From: Octopus vulgaris
Taxonomy: Eukaryota
Direction of reading: 5' to 3'
Length of the DNA stretch: 64,000 nt
Assembly (NCBI GenBank): GCA_951406725.2
Contig: OX597814.1
Coordinates: 9,734,001 to 9,798,000 of the forward strand
A program made the translations under genes and the position numbers. Below are positions 25,796 through 41,386 of the stretch, one piece after another; positions within the stretch are counted from its first letter, which is position 1; each line of letters opens with the position of its first letter. The notes under the pieces were generated by a model. The model was not told where the DNA came from and did not search any database. It saw only the letters and a list, made by a program, of their open reading frames with translations.

Positions 25796-27565
25796 AATAA
25801 ATTCTAATACTGACACAAAGCTACACCGTGGTTTAAACTGACCCCGTTAATTGATTCGTACTTAATTTATCGATTCTGTAGAGAAATTCACAAGACTATA
25901 CTCTTTACCTTCCACTCACTTTGTTGGTATTTGATCGATGTTATTTCTACTTACTCTCTATGATCTTTACTTACTGCAGTAAGAACTGAACGAGTAAAAA
26001 CTGTATGTATATATACTGGTTTTAAACTTTGACACAAGGCCAGCAATTTCGGGGAAGCGGGTAAATCAATTACATCGATTTATACTTATTTCAGCAAGCT
26101 GAAAGGCAAAGTCGACCCCGGCGGCATTTGAGCTCAGAAATGCCGTTAAGTATTTTCCTGGGTGCGGTAACGATTCTGTAATCTCCTACTTTACGATATG
26201 TAAATATGTTGGTTCGTGAAACCATTCGCAGTACCGGTGAGATAACGAAACAAAGACCCATCAACGAAATCACTCAATAATTCAATACTCAGTTGCAACA
26301 CTCAGTACAGCAAAATAATCAAAAATTGAAAACGAAAAAGAAAAAAATGGAAAAAGAAAGGAGAAAGAAAAGAAGAAATGAAATTCTGAAGAGGATTCAT
26401 GATGGTGGTGATGGTGGTAGAAATATTTACTTCCATAACTGTATTCCATAATTTTGCATCTGTTCTTTATAGCGTTTAAATTACAAACAGCGGAAAGAAA
26501 ATCCTTGCCGACGTAGATAAATGTGTTTGTCCAGTTCTCAGTTGTATTTCAAGGATTCTAATTGTGTGTAGACAGGGAATTTAAACAGATTTTCTACAAT
26601 TACTTGTCGTGCGTTATTTCGTCTTATCTTGTTTTTCGATCAGTTTCGCTTGCCATTTCCATGCGGCCCGAAGTGAACTTTATAAGATATGAGACAGACT
26701 GGCCGGGGCCAGTTGATAGGAATGGAGTAAAGAACTGCATCGTTCGCTGATGACTGCAGTTGACAGTAAGCTACCTGCTTTGCTATTCAAAAACTGTAGC
26801 AAACGCACTGCATACACAGAGAGAACGACACATACATACATATACGCATAAAGCTATCTTCTTATCTTCATCATCATCACTACCACCACCACCACAATCA
26901 ACACCGTCGCTCCCGCCGTCGTCATCATCATCGGATCTGTCCGCTCAAGTAATGCTGCCGACCAATTACGTGGCGTCAAAGAGAACGAGGGAAAGAGCGA
27001 TGAGTTTCAGTTGTCACTGATGATAGCAGTTCACACTAAGCTGTTAGCATATTTGATAACATTTTCAACCCTTTCGATTTTTATACCACTGTTTTTCACA
27101 CTACAAACTAAATAAACCAAATCGACCGAAATTTACGAAAAGAAACATAGAAAACGTGCAACGATATAGTTCTAGTTAAGAAATGTAAGTTTATAAGAAG
27201 TATATATAAGAAGAAAAAAAACAGAAAAAACCAGAAAAAAAAACCAGGAACAAACAACGATAACAAAACTCGGAAAACGTACGGGCGGCCATGTTAAGTT
27301 TTTTTCGCAACAACGTCGATCCCATCACACAGTACATAGTGTGTGTGTTTGTTTATGTGCGTGTGAGTGTGCGTGTGTGTGTGATGTGTTCTACTGTAAC
27401 CTTGGGTGAACTAATACTTACGTGGGTGTAAGGTTTCCAGATTAGACGTTGTAGACACACACACGCACACACACATATATGTATATATATATCTTTTATC
27501 TTTTACTTGATACAATCTATCTATCTATCTATCTATCAAAAATTAACCCTGGAGAAAATTAACCC

Positions 27566-27886
27566 TGGCGAAGTAAGTCCATGTAGTCCAACAGCATCTC
27601 CATCATGGGACACTGGACCAACGGACCGGTTAAATTGCTCGGAGTCTGGTTCGGCCCGGACCTCCAAATGGAGAGAACTGGGCCGAGAGGAAGCTATCTC
27701 TAAAAGTTCGAGCTGAGGTGGCGAATGCATTCATCGCATCCATCATCTACTACTGTTGGACCGCCGTGCCCTGTCCCGACCCTATCATCACAAAACCGGA
27801 ACGTATACTCTTCTGCTTTTTGTGGAAAAGAAGCCTTCCGATGGTTAGGCAATCCATTTGCTGTCAACATTCACTAAACAGAGAGT
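27566..27886 (+). pseudogene. Tx1/L1-clade LINE ORF2 fragment (region after RT core)
   Basis: WTNGPVKLLGVWFGPDLQMER, KLSLKVRAEVANAFIASIIYY, VPCPD, ERILFCFLWKRSLPMVRQSICCQH, resembling the L1/Tx1 post-RT segment. Confidence 0.75.
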
Positions 27887-28598
27887 GAATGTGTACTCTT
27901 CTTTGCAGTCACGTCTCACGAATGAATAATTTTTGGCCCGAATAGTGACTGGTGACGAGAAATGGGTTCTCTATAAAAATGTCAAGCGCCGAAGACAGTT
28001 GGTAGGGAAAGGAGAAACACTGGCACCCCAGGCTAAAGAAGGTCTTCCCCCATGTAAGGTGTTGTTATCTGTTTGGTGGGATATGTAAGGTTTAGTCCAC
28101 TTTGAACTTTTAAACCCAAACCAAACGATAACAAAAGAGACGTACAGTGAGCAGCTTAAGCCAGCGCTAGTAAAAAAAACTGCCATCTTTGGGTTCAAGA
28201 CGAAAGGTGTTCTTACATTAAAATAATGCTCGGCCACATACAACGATGATGAGATTCCAAAGGCTGGACCAGTTTGAATGGGAAACAATGCTCCCACCCA
28301 CCATATTCGCGAGACATGGTCCCAATTGATTATTATTTATTCTGCAGTTTTTGAAATCATTTGGACGAAAAAAAATATGAATTCTGTAGGCAAGGTAATA
28401 ATAGTACTGGAGGAGTATTTTTCGTCATGGACAAGAGTATTTTGAGAAAGGAGCCCTGCAATTCTACCAGATAGATGGAAGCGCATTGTATAAAATGAAG
28501 GAGAGTATATGTTAGATTAAAAAAGAACTTTTTGAAATCTAAATGATTTTGAAAAATAAAAGAATAAAAAAAACCGCATTATTTATGGGATGACCCTA
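27887..28598 (+). pseudogene. Mariner (DD34D) transposase catalytic-domain remnant with 3' TIR
   Basis: IVTGDEKWVLY at 27942, KVLLSVWWD, HFELL, NARPH, HPPYSRD, LPDRWKRIV*NEGEY; terminus ccgcattatttatgggatgacccta. Confidence 0.92.
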
Positions 28599-29030
28599 TG
28601 TAAATGCATATACTTTCATCCACCCGTTTAATTCTATATTTCTCTCTCATTATCACCCTGCACGCATTATGCTGATATAATATATACGTATGACTGACAT
28701 GATTGTGTGGCTAGTGAGTTTGCATCGTAATTAAGTAGTCTGAGGTTCGATTCCATTGCACGGTGTCTGCAGCAAGTTAATTTTACTATAGTCTCGGATT
28801 GACCAAGAACTTATAAATGGAATTTGATAGACATGGACTGTACTGAAGGCTGTCATATACAAATATATGCGTACATACATACATACATACATGCATACAT
28901 ACATACATACATGCATACGTATGTGTGTGTGTGTGTGTGCGTGTGTGTGTGTGTGCGCGCGTATGTGTATGTGTTAAGGATTTTAGAATACGCATTAAAA
29001 ATACCAACAAAAATAAGTAAATCTAGGTGA

Positions 29031-29098
<68 letters not shown>

Positions 29099-29117
29099 CA
29101 TCATCATCATCATTATT

Positions 29118-29320
29118 AAGCCGGTGTGCTGGTAAACTCTTTAATTCTCCGGAAAATCGCTTAGCGGCATTTCGTCTGTCTTTTTGCTCTGAGTTCACAT
29201 TCCACCGAGATCGACTTTGCCTTTTATCCTGTCAGGGTCGATAAAACAAGTACAAAGTGAGCACTGGGATCGATGTAATTAACTTTTCTCTTTCGCCGAA
29301 AAATTTCTGACCTTGTGCCA
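29118..29320 (+). mobile_element. SINE family A, diverged
   Basis: ctgagttcacattccaccgagatcgactttgcc. Confidence 0.75.
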
Positions 29321-29349
29321 CCACTGTTATTATTGTTGTTGTTGTTATT

Positions 29350-29389
<40 letters not shown>

Positions 29390-29479
29390 GTAGTAGTAGT
29401 AGCAGCAGTAATAGTGGTAGTATTATTATTAATTCAGCTGACTTCCGATTCTCCTGACTCGAATTTCATTTCACTCCAC

Positions 29480-29888
29480 TACTCTTTTACTCTTTTACTT
29501 ATTTCAGTCATCTGACTGTGGCCATGCTGGAGCACCGCCTTTTGTCGAGCAAATCGACCCCAGAACTTATTCTTTGTAAGCCCAGTACTTATTCTATCGG
29601 TCTCTTTTGCCGAACTGCTAAGTTACGGGGACATAAACACACCAGGATCGGTTGGCAAGCGATGTTGGGGGTACAAACACAGACACACAAACAAGCACAC
29701 ACATACATATATATATATATATATACATATATACGACAGGCTTCTTTCAGTTTCCGTTTACCAAATCCACTCACAAGGCTTTGGTCGGCTCGAGGCCATA
29801 GTAGAAGACACTTGCCCAAAGTGCCACGCAGTGGGACTGAACCCGGAACCATGTGGTTGGTAAGCAAGCTACTTACCACACAGCCACC
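29480..29888 (-). mobile_element. SINE family B, near full length
   Basis: actcttttactctttt tail through cttaccacacagcca head. Confidence 0.88.
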
Positions 29889-31256
29889 AGGCGAATGACG
29901 ATCAGAGTTACACGAAACTGGAGTCACGAGTTTTAAAAAAATCTTTGAATATATAATGTACTATACACTTTGTATTGAGTACTACCATTTACGTTTGCTG
30001 AAAACTGCTCCATTTTGAATGAATGCACACATACGCTCACGGAAGCAGTCATAAAAATATTCCCTCTCATGTACACGCATGTTTGTTCGTCTTTGTGTGG
30101 TGTGTGTTTATGTATGAGATCCTATCTGTATGTAAGTCTTTTATTGTTCTTCTAGTTCTTGATATTTTCAGTGTTGTTGTTGTTGTTGTTGATTAATATT
30201 TAATAAAAAACTTCTAGTGCTTGTTAATGTAATAGAATCTATCAGTTTATTTAATCACACTCTCCCAAACGTTCGAAGAACCGATTGTCCAGTGTTGGAA
30301 ACATTTGGGCGGTCGCCACCCACATCCATCCAAGGTCTCTTAACGCCACAATTTTTCGATGATTTTTCGACAACAAAAGGAAGCCAAACGTCAGCCAACA
30401 CGTGCGAGATCCATTGACCATCCGATTCCATGTGCATTCCACTCATTTGCTTTTACGATTTTCTAGAAATGTCTGACTCACTTCGATTTGACTGATGCTA
30501 TCTGGAAAATAGGCGTATCCAATTAGAGAAAGAAATAGAGAGAGAAGGGAAGCAAATGAGAGAGAGAGAGAGACAGAGGGAAAAGAGAAAGCGAGGGGAA
30601 GAGGAAGGAAGAAGAAAATGGATTTTGACCAACTGTCAATATCGTCAATTTCGAACTATCGTCTTTGAAATTAAATCCAAAGAAAGAACAATAGACCAAA
30701 AGCTAACAACCAAGCCACAGACTCCTATGCCAACCGTCACGCCAATACTTGATCAATTTCTCGGTATTACTTAAATCTATTCTATCTTGGCTGGTGTCAG
30801 TCGGTAGGATTAAACATTTCACTTATCGAAGCCAGCGCTTCGTTTTCACAACAATCGTCTCTCATTGTTTCTGAGTACGCGCCTTACGCAAGGCCAGTGG
30901 CACATACGTGTCTTTAATAACTATTATAGCCGTTACCGGAGATGGCCGATCATGAACCGAAGTCACGCCCGGCATCTGTCGGAACAAGGGACTTAACTAA
31001 TTTTGTAGTCTTTCCACAGCATTTAGTTTTCCGATCAAGTGACCGATGGGCGTGGAGCTTTTGTTTCTAAACTAAAAACGGTGCAGCTGTCACGTCCGGT
31101 TTGGCTTCAAAACGTCCGCCAGTTTTTGCGGATCAAGGAACAATTGATGTTTTCCGAGAATCTAATTGTTCCTTTAAAAGACAGAGGTGTTGTTTTGGCT
31201 ATATCGAGTGTGCATTTATAAACCGCATGGGTAAAAGGATCCCTATTGCTTTGTTG

Positions 31257-31343
<87 letters not shown>

Positions 31344-31783
31344 TAGATACGTTATATCAGTAACTTGCAAACGTGTTTCACAGAATATAGCCATGTTTCT
31401 GCTGTCCAATTTGTTAAACAGGATAAAATAAAAGAAGCGATGAGACTATTTGCTAAATAACTCGAGGATATTTTACAGTAATTTAAACAGATTGAAAATT
31501 TAGAGGAAGTATTTTGTTAATTATATAGGACTTTTATTGGCAGAAAAACTTCTTTGGAAGTTGTAGTGGTGTGGGGAATAAGAAGGGAGATAAGAAGGGA
31601 AACAGGAAGCGTGGCTGATTGTAAACGAGAATCACGAGGTAAAAGAATGATAATATAACTGATGCGGAAATTTGCATACTTATGTGTTGTGTATGCGTGC
31701 GGGGAGTTTCTGTTCAATTCATATATCACGTGCGCGTGCATATACATACGTGCGCGCGCACAAACACACACACACATATGTGT

Positions 31784-31821
<38 letters not shown>

Positions 31822-32256
31822 ACTTGTGTTTATGTGTTATTAAGTTTGGATGTGTACAATTAACTGCATTTGTTTGTGTCATTTTGTGTAATTGTTCAGT
31901 GCATATTTGTATGTGTTTGTGTGTGTGTGTGTGTGTGTATATTTGTATGCATGAATTTATGTGCATGTATGATGTGTATGTGTGTGTACGTGTATGTGCG
32001 TGTGCGCTTGTATCTAAGGGCATATAAATTATGCTCTGCATCTGTGTCATAATCGGTTTGTTATGGCAAATAATATTAAAATGGGGAATCAGAAGTACAA
32101 AGAACAACCACTCGCGTATATATGTATATATTTGATTATATACACACATACATACAAACATATATACATACATACATACTTACATACTTACATACATACT
32201 TGCATACATACATACATACATACATACATACATACATACATACATACATACATACA

Positions 32257-32338
<82 letters not shown>

Positions 32339-32504
32339 CATACATACATATATACATACGTACATACAAATCAGGGGAAGACAAAGAAAATTCTTTAACA
32401 CATCTTTAATGATTCGTCACAATTGCTTGCTTTTGTACCAACTCTATTTGCAACGCTAGTTTACACCCTACCAGAGCTTTAGACCTTTGCTATATATATA
32501 TATT

Positions 32505-32700
32505 GTGTACCGTTGGCGATTTTTTCCCCTCTGTCTTCCCTTCTCTGGATCTTTCCTTCTCCTATGTTTCCGACGAAGAGCTCCGCTCGAAACGTTAAAC
32601 CCTCCTTCTTTCTTTCTTTCCTGAGCGTCCAACAATACTATATTTGTTCCACGTCCTCGCGTTGTTGTGTTTTTTTGTGCTTTCTTGTTAGGATTAACTA
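32505..32700 (+). mobile_element. Short non-coding repeat carrying a minimal hammerhead
   Basis: Second copy at 3674-3864; both copies are bounded by (TA)n. Confidence 0.75.
32566..32600 (+). ncRNA. Minimal type I hammerhead-like motif (U4C variant)
   Basis: GUUU-CCGACGA-A-GAGCuccGCUC-GAAA-CG-UU-AAAC, with the palindrome AACGUU in place of stem III. Confidence 0.65.
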
Positions 32701-32725
32701 TATATATATACATACATATATAGAT

Positions 32726-32794
<69 letters not shown>

Positions 32795-33388
32795 TATATG
32801 TATAGAAATATGCCTGTATATATGTATATGTGTGTGCGGTTTATATGCATGTATATCTAACGCAAATAACTCTGTGTGTGTGACCAAACACTCCTCGCGC
32901 GCGCACGCAGACTCACACACACAAACACACACCCATACACCCATACACACACACAAACAAACAAATACATGCGCACACATCTGCACCTTTCTTTCGATCA
33001 TTAGACTTTGAATACGTGGAGCGTCATATTGAGCAGGATTAGAATATTGGTCTCAGTACTACGCTGTAGGCTTGGTACTTGAACATGAATATTTGCCGAA
33101 CCACTTGGTTACTTGATATAAATAAAGAACAGCCGTTTTGATTCAGTGCTAACAAAAACATGGAAACAGGCACAAATCACATACACACCAACACAGGCAT
33201 GTTTAGGCATTTGTGTATCAAATATCACATATATACACTGTAGTGAGCATGAAACTATGCATTATCGTCTGAGAGAAAATCGCTTCGTAGATATGTTGAA
33301 TTAATATATAACGGAGCGAGACGAAAAAAGCTTCCCGACAGTGGTTGGCAAGAATGCCAGATGCATCGTCGCCTTCTTGGGCCTTGTG

Positions 33389-33761
33389 GAAGCACTCCGT
33401 CGGTTACGACGACGAGGGTTCCGGTTGATCCGAATCAACGGAACAGCCTGCTCGTGAAATTAACGTGTAAGTGGCTGAGCACTCCACAGACACGTGTACC
33501 CTTAACGTAGTTCTCGGGGTTATTCAGCGTGACACAGAGAGTGACAAGGCAGGCCCTTTGAAATACAGGTACAACAGAAACAAGAAGTAAGAGTGAGAGA
33601 AAGTTGTGGTGAAAGAGTACAGCAGGGATCACCACCATCCCTACCGGAGCCTCGTGGACCTTTAGGTGTTTTCGCTCAATAAACACTCACAACGCCCGGT
33701 CTGGGAATCGAAACCGCGATCCTACGACCGCGAGTCCGCTGCCCTAACCACTGGGCCATTA
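33389..33761 (-). mobile_element. tRNA-derived SINE group C, full length
   Basis: Minus head aatggcccagtggttagggcagcggactcgcggtcgtaggatcgcggtttcgattccc (A and B boxes). Confidence 0.85.
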
Positions 33762-34221
33762 CCGATAGCCACACAAGTAACTAGGCAGCTGACCAACGAG
33801 AACACAAGGCCAAAATTTATCTGGTGTTCTTGTGAACCGCTACTGTGACGATCTTTCGCCTTGCTTCGATATATATTGTATTTTTTAAACACAATCTGTG
33901 TATGAAGAGATTTTATCACTCGAAAATCCACAGCATCATACCTCTCAACGGTGTAGAAAAGTCGTACCTCTATTTTAAGAATATTGTTAATGTTGAGTGT
34001 AAAATGAGTTTTATCCTGGGAAGGAGTATCACCTAGAGGGTGTAAAAATCTATATTTAGCAGAGACAGTTGAACTGGGGAAAGACTAATGTGTTTTTATC
34101 AGTGTCTAACCTGGTGAAGTGGGCATTCTTCAGTTCGAGCAACTGAAATTCTTGAAGTCATTATCCCGCATATATATATATATATTTATATATATATATA
34201 CATTGTTATTCGGCGAATACA

Positions 34222-34415
34222 GATGAGTGCTCTTTAAGCTGTACAAAATCTATACACTTTTGACCCACTAACGTATGGCCTTGATTTCTCAACAATGCTC
34301 CACTTAATGATGAGCGGTATACTGTCATCCATCAGGTTCCAGATATAGCTTGCGAGGTTTGTACTATTCTTTCTTTCAGTCTATATGCCTGAAGAAGACT
34401 GAAAGAAGACTGATG
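34222..34415 (-). pseudogene. Penelope-like element GIY-YIG endonuclease C-terminal remnant
   Basis: HQSSF.../ERKNSTNLASYIWNLMDDSIPLIIKWSIVEKSRPYVSGSKVYRFCTA*RALI, matching the pattern H..SF...NST.LS.YIW.LK.....IKWSI....PY..G.K.C.LC..E..I of Penelope endonucleases. Confidence 0.8.
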
Positions 34416-34428
34416 AAGTCATTTTGAA

Positions 34429-34486
<58 letters not shown>

Positions 34487-35230
34487 CTGTTCTTGAAGTC
34501 ATTTTCGCATATATATATATATTTCTAACATTGCATTCTGAGTTCAAATTCCTACCAACTGGAATAAAAGGAGGAAGGATTTGTCCATTAAAAACCTGGC
34601 CCGAATGCTTGTACCAGGCAAAAAAATTTTAAAAAACCTTGAAAATATTAGCATAAGACCAGCAAAATGGTCCCTTTGCATACTGAACACTTGGTGAAAT
34701 TGATTAATAATTAATTAATTTTACCCTCAATTGTTGAAATATATATATATATATATATTGTTATTCGGCGAAACGGAGTGACCACAGTTTCACACAGAAT
34801 TGAGCTGATCGTGTATGCCGGTCTAGCAAGCATGTGTTTGCTTTACTTAAGTTGCAATCTGGATTGGGCATTTAAATTGGCCTACGTTTAATAATGTTCG
34901 TCATATTAGGGCCACAGCAGCTGATAACCCTTACGGAACGTTTATTTAAAATTTTCACACAGACACAGATACACACGTAACGCACATGCACACACACATA
35001 CACACGCACACACACAATTAGATAAATATCAGGGAAACACCTATGTATCAGGGCAAGGAATTTTTACCAATATTAGCTCTAATATTTAAGGAAGTAATGC
35101 GAACCATATAATTTGGCACATTGCATTCTGAGTTCAAATTCCTACCAGCTGGAATAAAACGAGGAAGTTATTGTCCATCAAAAACCTGGCCCGAATGCTT
35201 GTACTAGGCAAATAAAAAATAAAAAAAGAA

Positions 35231-36053
35231 CCTATTTCTTTACTGCCCACAATCGGTTAAACCCAGAGTGGACAAACAAGGACAAACAAACGGTATTAAG
35301 TCGACTATATCGACACCAGTGCGTAACTGGTACTTGATTTATCGACCCCGAAAGGATGAAAGGCAAAGTCGACCTCGACGGGAATTTGAACTCATAATGT
35401 AAAGACGGACGAAATACTGCTAAGCATCTTGCCTGTCGTGCTAACGATTCTTATTTCTTTACTGCCCACAAGGGGCTAAACATAGAGAGGACAAACAAGG
35501 GCAGACAAAGGGATTAAGTCGATTACATTGACCCCAGTGCATAACTGGTACTTATTTAATCGACCCCGAAAGGATGAAAGGCAGAGTCGACCTCGCAGAA
35601 TTTGAACTCAGAACGTAGCGGCAGACGAAATACCTATTTCTTTACTACCCACAAGGGGATAAACACAGAGAGGACAAACAAGGACATACAAACGGATTCA
35701 GTCGATTATATCGACCCCAGTGCGTAACTAGTACTTAATTTATCTACCCCGAAAGGATGAAAGGCAAAGTCGACCTCGGCGGAATTTGAACTCAGAACGT
35801 AGCGGCAGGCGAAATACCTATTTCTTTAGTACCCACAAGGGGCTAAACACAGAGAGGACAAATAAAGACAGACAAACAGATTAAGTCGATTATATCGACC
35901 CCAGTGCGTAACTGGTACTTAATTTATCGACCCTGAAAGGATGAAAGGCAAAGTCGACCTCGGCGGAATTTGAACTCAGAACGTAACGGCAGACGAAATA
36001 CCGCTAAGCACTTCGGCCGGCGTGCTAACGTTTTTGCCAGCTCCTCACGCCTT
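35231..36053 (-). mobile_element. SINE family A, 4 tandem units
   Basis: aaaggatgaaaggca(a/g)agtcgacctc occurs four times. Confidence 0.88.
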
Positions 36054-37539
36054 AACTCTTGAAAATATTCAAAAAAAAAAAAGAAAAAAAAAGAAAAGGA
36101 AAGAAAAGAAGAAAAAAACAAAACAGAAAGAGAAGCTCAATGTCGCTGTTTCCCCTCCTTGAACTAAACGGTAACCATAAAGCAAAAAGAAAATTCAGAA
36201 AAACGCATTCAGTATTACTAAGACATTTTCTACTCCTTATTCTACGGATTCTGCCAATCTACAGTCCATCAACGCAGTGGCGAAATACTATCGCTATCTT
36301 AGATTGGTACAAAGCTGTACACTGAGGGAATGAAACAATATTGGAATGGCAACAGCGAGAAAAGGATTTTCATTGACTTTCAGTGAGAAGCAAAACAAAT
36401 CTGGTGTATAACTTTGTTTTATTTTCACTTAATGCAGAATCTAATGAAAACATTTATCGTTCGTCAAATATTCGACAGGCGCTGCTGCAAAGAGAAATAC
36501 GGAGACCAATAATATAACCAAACACTTAATGCTGGGAGGTAGGCTGTGGGTATATGACTATGTAGGGACATGCTCGTGCGTGCCTCTGTGTGTGTGTGTG
36601 TGTGTGTTGGTTTGTTGTTCGGTCGCTAAGTTGACAATACTTCGGGAATCTAAAGAAATCGCTTGTTTTCTTTTCGCGTCACTTTCCTCTCCGCGTATCC
36701 TTGTAAAGCGTGATTCTGCAAAAAGAGCAACCTTAAACTGGAGAAATGTTATGGTATTTCCTTCCTTCCTTCCTTCCTTCCTTCCTTTATTCATCTATTT
36801 ATGTGCCTGTCTGTTGTGTTATAGTAATTTTAGTTGTATTTACTCTGTGGGTCTTTTGAATTATTCATTTGGCGATCGAGTGTTTATATTCTCGCTTTCC
36901 TAGCTTCCTTTTCTGTTCAAGCTCTCTGTTTCCAGTCTGTGTTTGTTCCAAGACTGTTATTCCTTATTTCAAAATAAAATAATAAAGATAATTAAAACCT
37001 ACAACGCTAATGAAACAAAAAAAAATAAATAAAAGGAAAGCAAAAAACACACAACAAACCTCAACCAAAATACTTGCTTACTGCAAAACAATATTTTGCT
37101 AATTTTTCATGATAGCACCTTAAAGAAAGAGAAGAATGCCTGTGCATGCATAAACATCCAGCCTACTAGAAATAGCAGCCAAATTTCACTGAAATTACAA
37201 CCTACATTTTTTTTTTAGAAAAGGACAAGTTAGGTGTTATCTTAGGTTTTCTGTACATAAGAATAAAAATCAGGTTAGTCATGACTGAAATGATTATATG
37301 TTTGCTTCTTCGGAGCTGACCTAGGGCTAAACAAAAAAATAACAATTACGAGGAGCATTTGTTTGGTAGAAAAATCTCAAATAAACAAAACGATGTAATG
37401 GGAGAAAAAACCCCCCAAAAAACCAACAAAAAAACAACCAGAAGTCTTTCTTGAATATTAAATCTATTTTTAAGACCGGCACATCTGTTTGTTTTTGCTT
37501 TACACATTGGTTCGGTTTTTACTCATTTTTCAATCCTTT

Positions 37540-38610
<1,071 letters not shown>

Positions 38611-40004
38611 TGTTTTATATTTTATCTATTATTAATAATCTAACAGTGTTTTTCTTTGCCGCTATACATATATTTAAGCAAACAAAGCGAAAAAAAACAA
38701 CAAAAAAACAAAAAAACAAGTGGCCGCGCAATACCTTCCTATTATTAGTATGAGTATGAAAAAAAAGAAAGGAAAAACAAAAAACAAAAAAAAAAAAAAG
38801 AGAAAAAAGAACAGAAAAACTGCATCACTAAAATACTAGAGATTTGAGAACCGAAATGAATATAAACAACATGAAGGATATATACTAAGGCGGATCAACG
38901 ATACATTACAGAAGCTGGTTTGTTGATGCAAACTAAATGTTTGATTGGAATCAAGCGAGGCTGGTGTATCATTAATATTATTCTTATTCAAGCTGCTATT
39001 TACTCTGATCAACTTCTGGCCAATTTCGAATTTTAGACACGATACCAGAGTTAACTATACTTAATCCGGGATAATTAATTTTCCGGAATGGAAGTCTAAG
39101 CCATTTATTGTTTAATCGCGTTACTTCAAATGTATATGCATATACATATATATAATATATATAATGTGCATGTGTGTGTGTATGTGTGTGTATGTGTGGG
39201 TGTTGTGTGTGTATGCATATATATATATATATATATATATATGTATTTACGTATATACATACATATTTATGTTTGTATGTAAATGTATGTTCATATGTAT
39301 ATATATGTCTAGATATATGTAGATGTGTATATACATGTGTATATATATGTATATACATATACACACATAATTATAAATATGTATATATATATATAAATAT
39401 ATATAGATATATGTAGATTTATATAAATGTGTCGACATACATATATAGATATATGTATATGTGTATGTGTGTGTGTACGTATTTATACGTACACACAGAC
39501 GTGTATACACACACACACACACATATAAATACATACATACATACATACATACATACAAACATACGATCTACAGTACACGTCTAAAGTATGAATGCAAAAA
39601 TAATGTTTAATACTTATCTAAATATTTCTAGATACGAAGAGAAAATATATCAATTAACCCCCCCAAGATATTTGTAAGAATCAAAGTTTATTTCTTTGTA
39701 TTAAACAATATGATGTAGGAATAATGAAATACTACTTCGTCACTCATGATGTACTTGATATTGCTATTTCATATCACTATTTTATAAATTTATGGTATTG
39801 TCAACTGAAATTAGGGCTCAGATTATTGGTCTGCGAGGCAACAGACTCACGTTCAGGAAAATATTAACTCGGCTAAATACAATTCTTTGCGCTGTACAGA
39901 AAGATTTATCACGTTTTCTTCAGTTAGGTAGATGCAAATTATTATATAGACCTCGCATCAAAATAATTTAAAATGATTGTATGATTTATCGTCCTTCGAT
40001 TGTG

Positions 40005-40051
<47 letters not shown>

Positions 40052-41094
40052 ATATATATATTTATATATACATGCCTAGCAGTGCTATATACAACAAACA
40101 TGTCCGCAACAGTGAAATGCATTCATATCTTCGACCATATGACGTTGATTATTGAAAATAACTTTTGTCCAATTGCCAGACATCCAGTAAAAAAATTGTA
40201 CCATGAAAATAAAAGTATAAAAATAAATAAATAAATAAAAAGAAACCCACTCTGGGCCGTAAAAATACTGAAGGAATCGTAAAATCTGGATTAGGAAAGA
40301 GTGGTTTAAAATTATATTTAGCGGTGAAAAATTCTATCCGACAATTTGAATTTAATTCTTTTTGTTTGTCGTTCATCAGATTCATGATGCAAACCTAGGT
40401 ATGTATACTTTTGCAAGAGTCTAGAAATACACATTTATTATTATAAAGGATAAAGGATTTATTATGATAAAGGATAAAGGATTTCTGAAAAATGAAGAGA
40501 TGGTAATTTGGATAATACTTCAAGTTGTAACATAAATACTAAATATATATTAGCTACTGAAGCAGTATTAATATCGAAAGGTAATATTTATCCCCGCTTA
40601 AACGAGGATGTTCTGTTTGAACAAACTATACTGCGGTAGATATTTTGAGAGAAACTCTCATATCGGCTTTTAGTGCGAAATGCACTCTTGTTTATAAATG
40701 CTAAAATCTTCCTGGATATCCTGAAGAAGTTGTCTACACATATGATCACCTAACTTTATTCTCTATACCAAAAGGGTTATTATACACCATGGCAGCCTGC
40801 GCTAACAGTACGAGTGTACTAGGTTGATAGCCAGTATCATCTTATGACTTGAACTCAATAGATAATGCAGGGTATCATTTAGAAAAGAAAACTGCAGTTT
40901 ATACGTGATCAGTTTCGTATTCAAAAGAGAAAATACAGCAAGGATCGCCCCAGAAGATAACTGCAAAAATGTAGCCGAAGCATCTTTCATCACACTTTTG
41001 ATAAACTGGAGGTAAAGAAGCATCACCCCCAACTGTTGAGCAGCGTAATTGTGTCATTTGTACTTTGGTAAACTGTTCTCAGGTTACCTCTTTG

Positions 41095-41354
41095 TCTTTT
41101 ACTTCTTTCAGTCGTTGAAATCCGGCCATGCTGGGGCACCGACTTGAAAAAATTTAGTCGAACGAATCGACCCCCAGTACTTAATTCTTTAAATTCTAGT
41201 ACTTATTCTGTTATTCTCTTTTGCCGTACCGCTAAATTACGTGGGGTGTAAGCCCAATAACACTAGTTGTCAAGCGGTGGCGGAGAACAGACACAGACAC
41301 AAAGGCATACACACTAACACACACACACACACACAACACACAACACACACACAC

Positions 41355-41386
<32 letters not shown>

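Noticed and set aside
26644-26765. Plus-strand AG...GTAAG-bounded exon candidate
   Set aside because: Stops in all three frames and no supporting neighbours.
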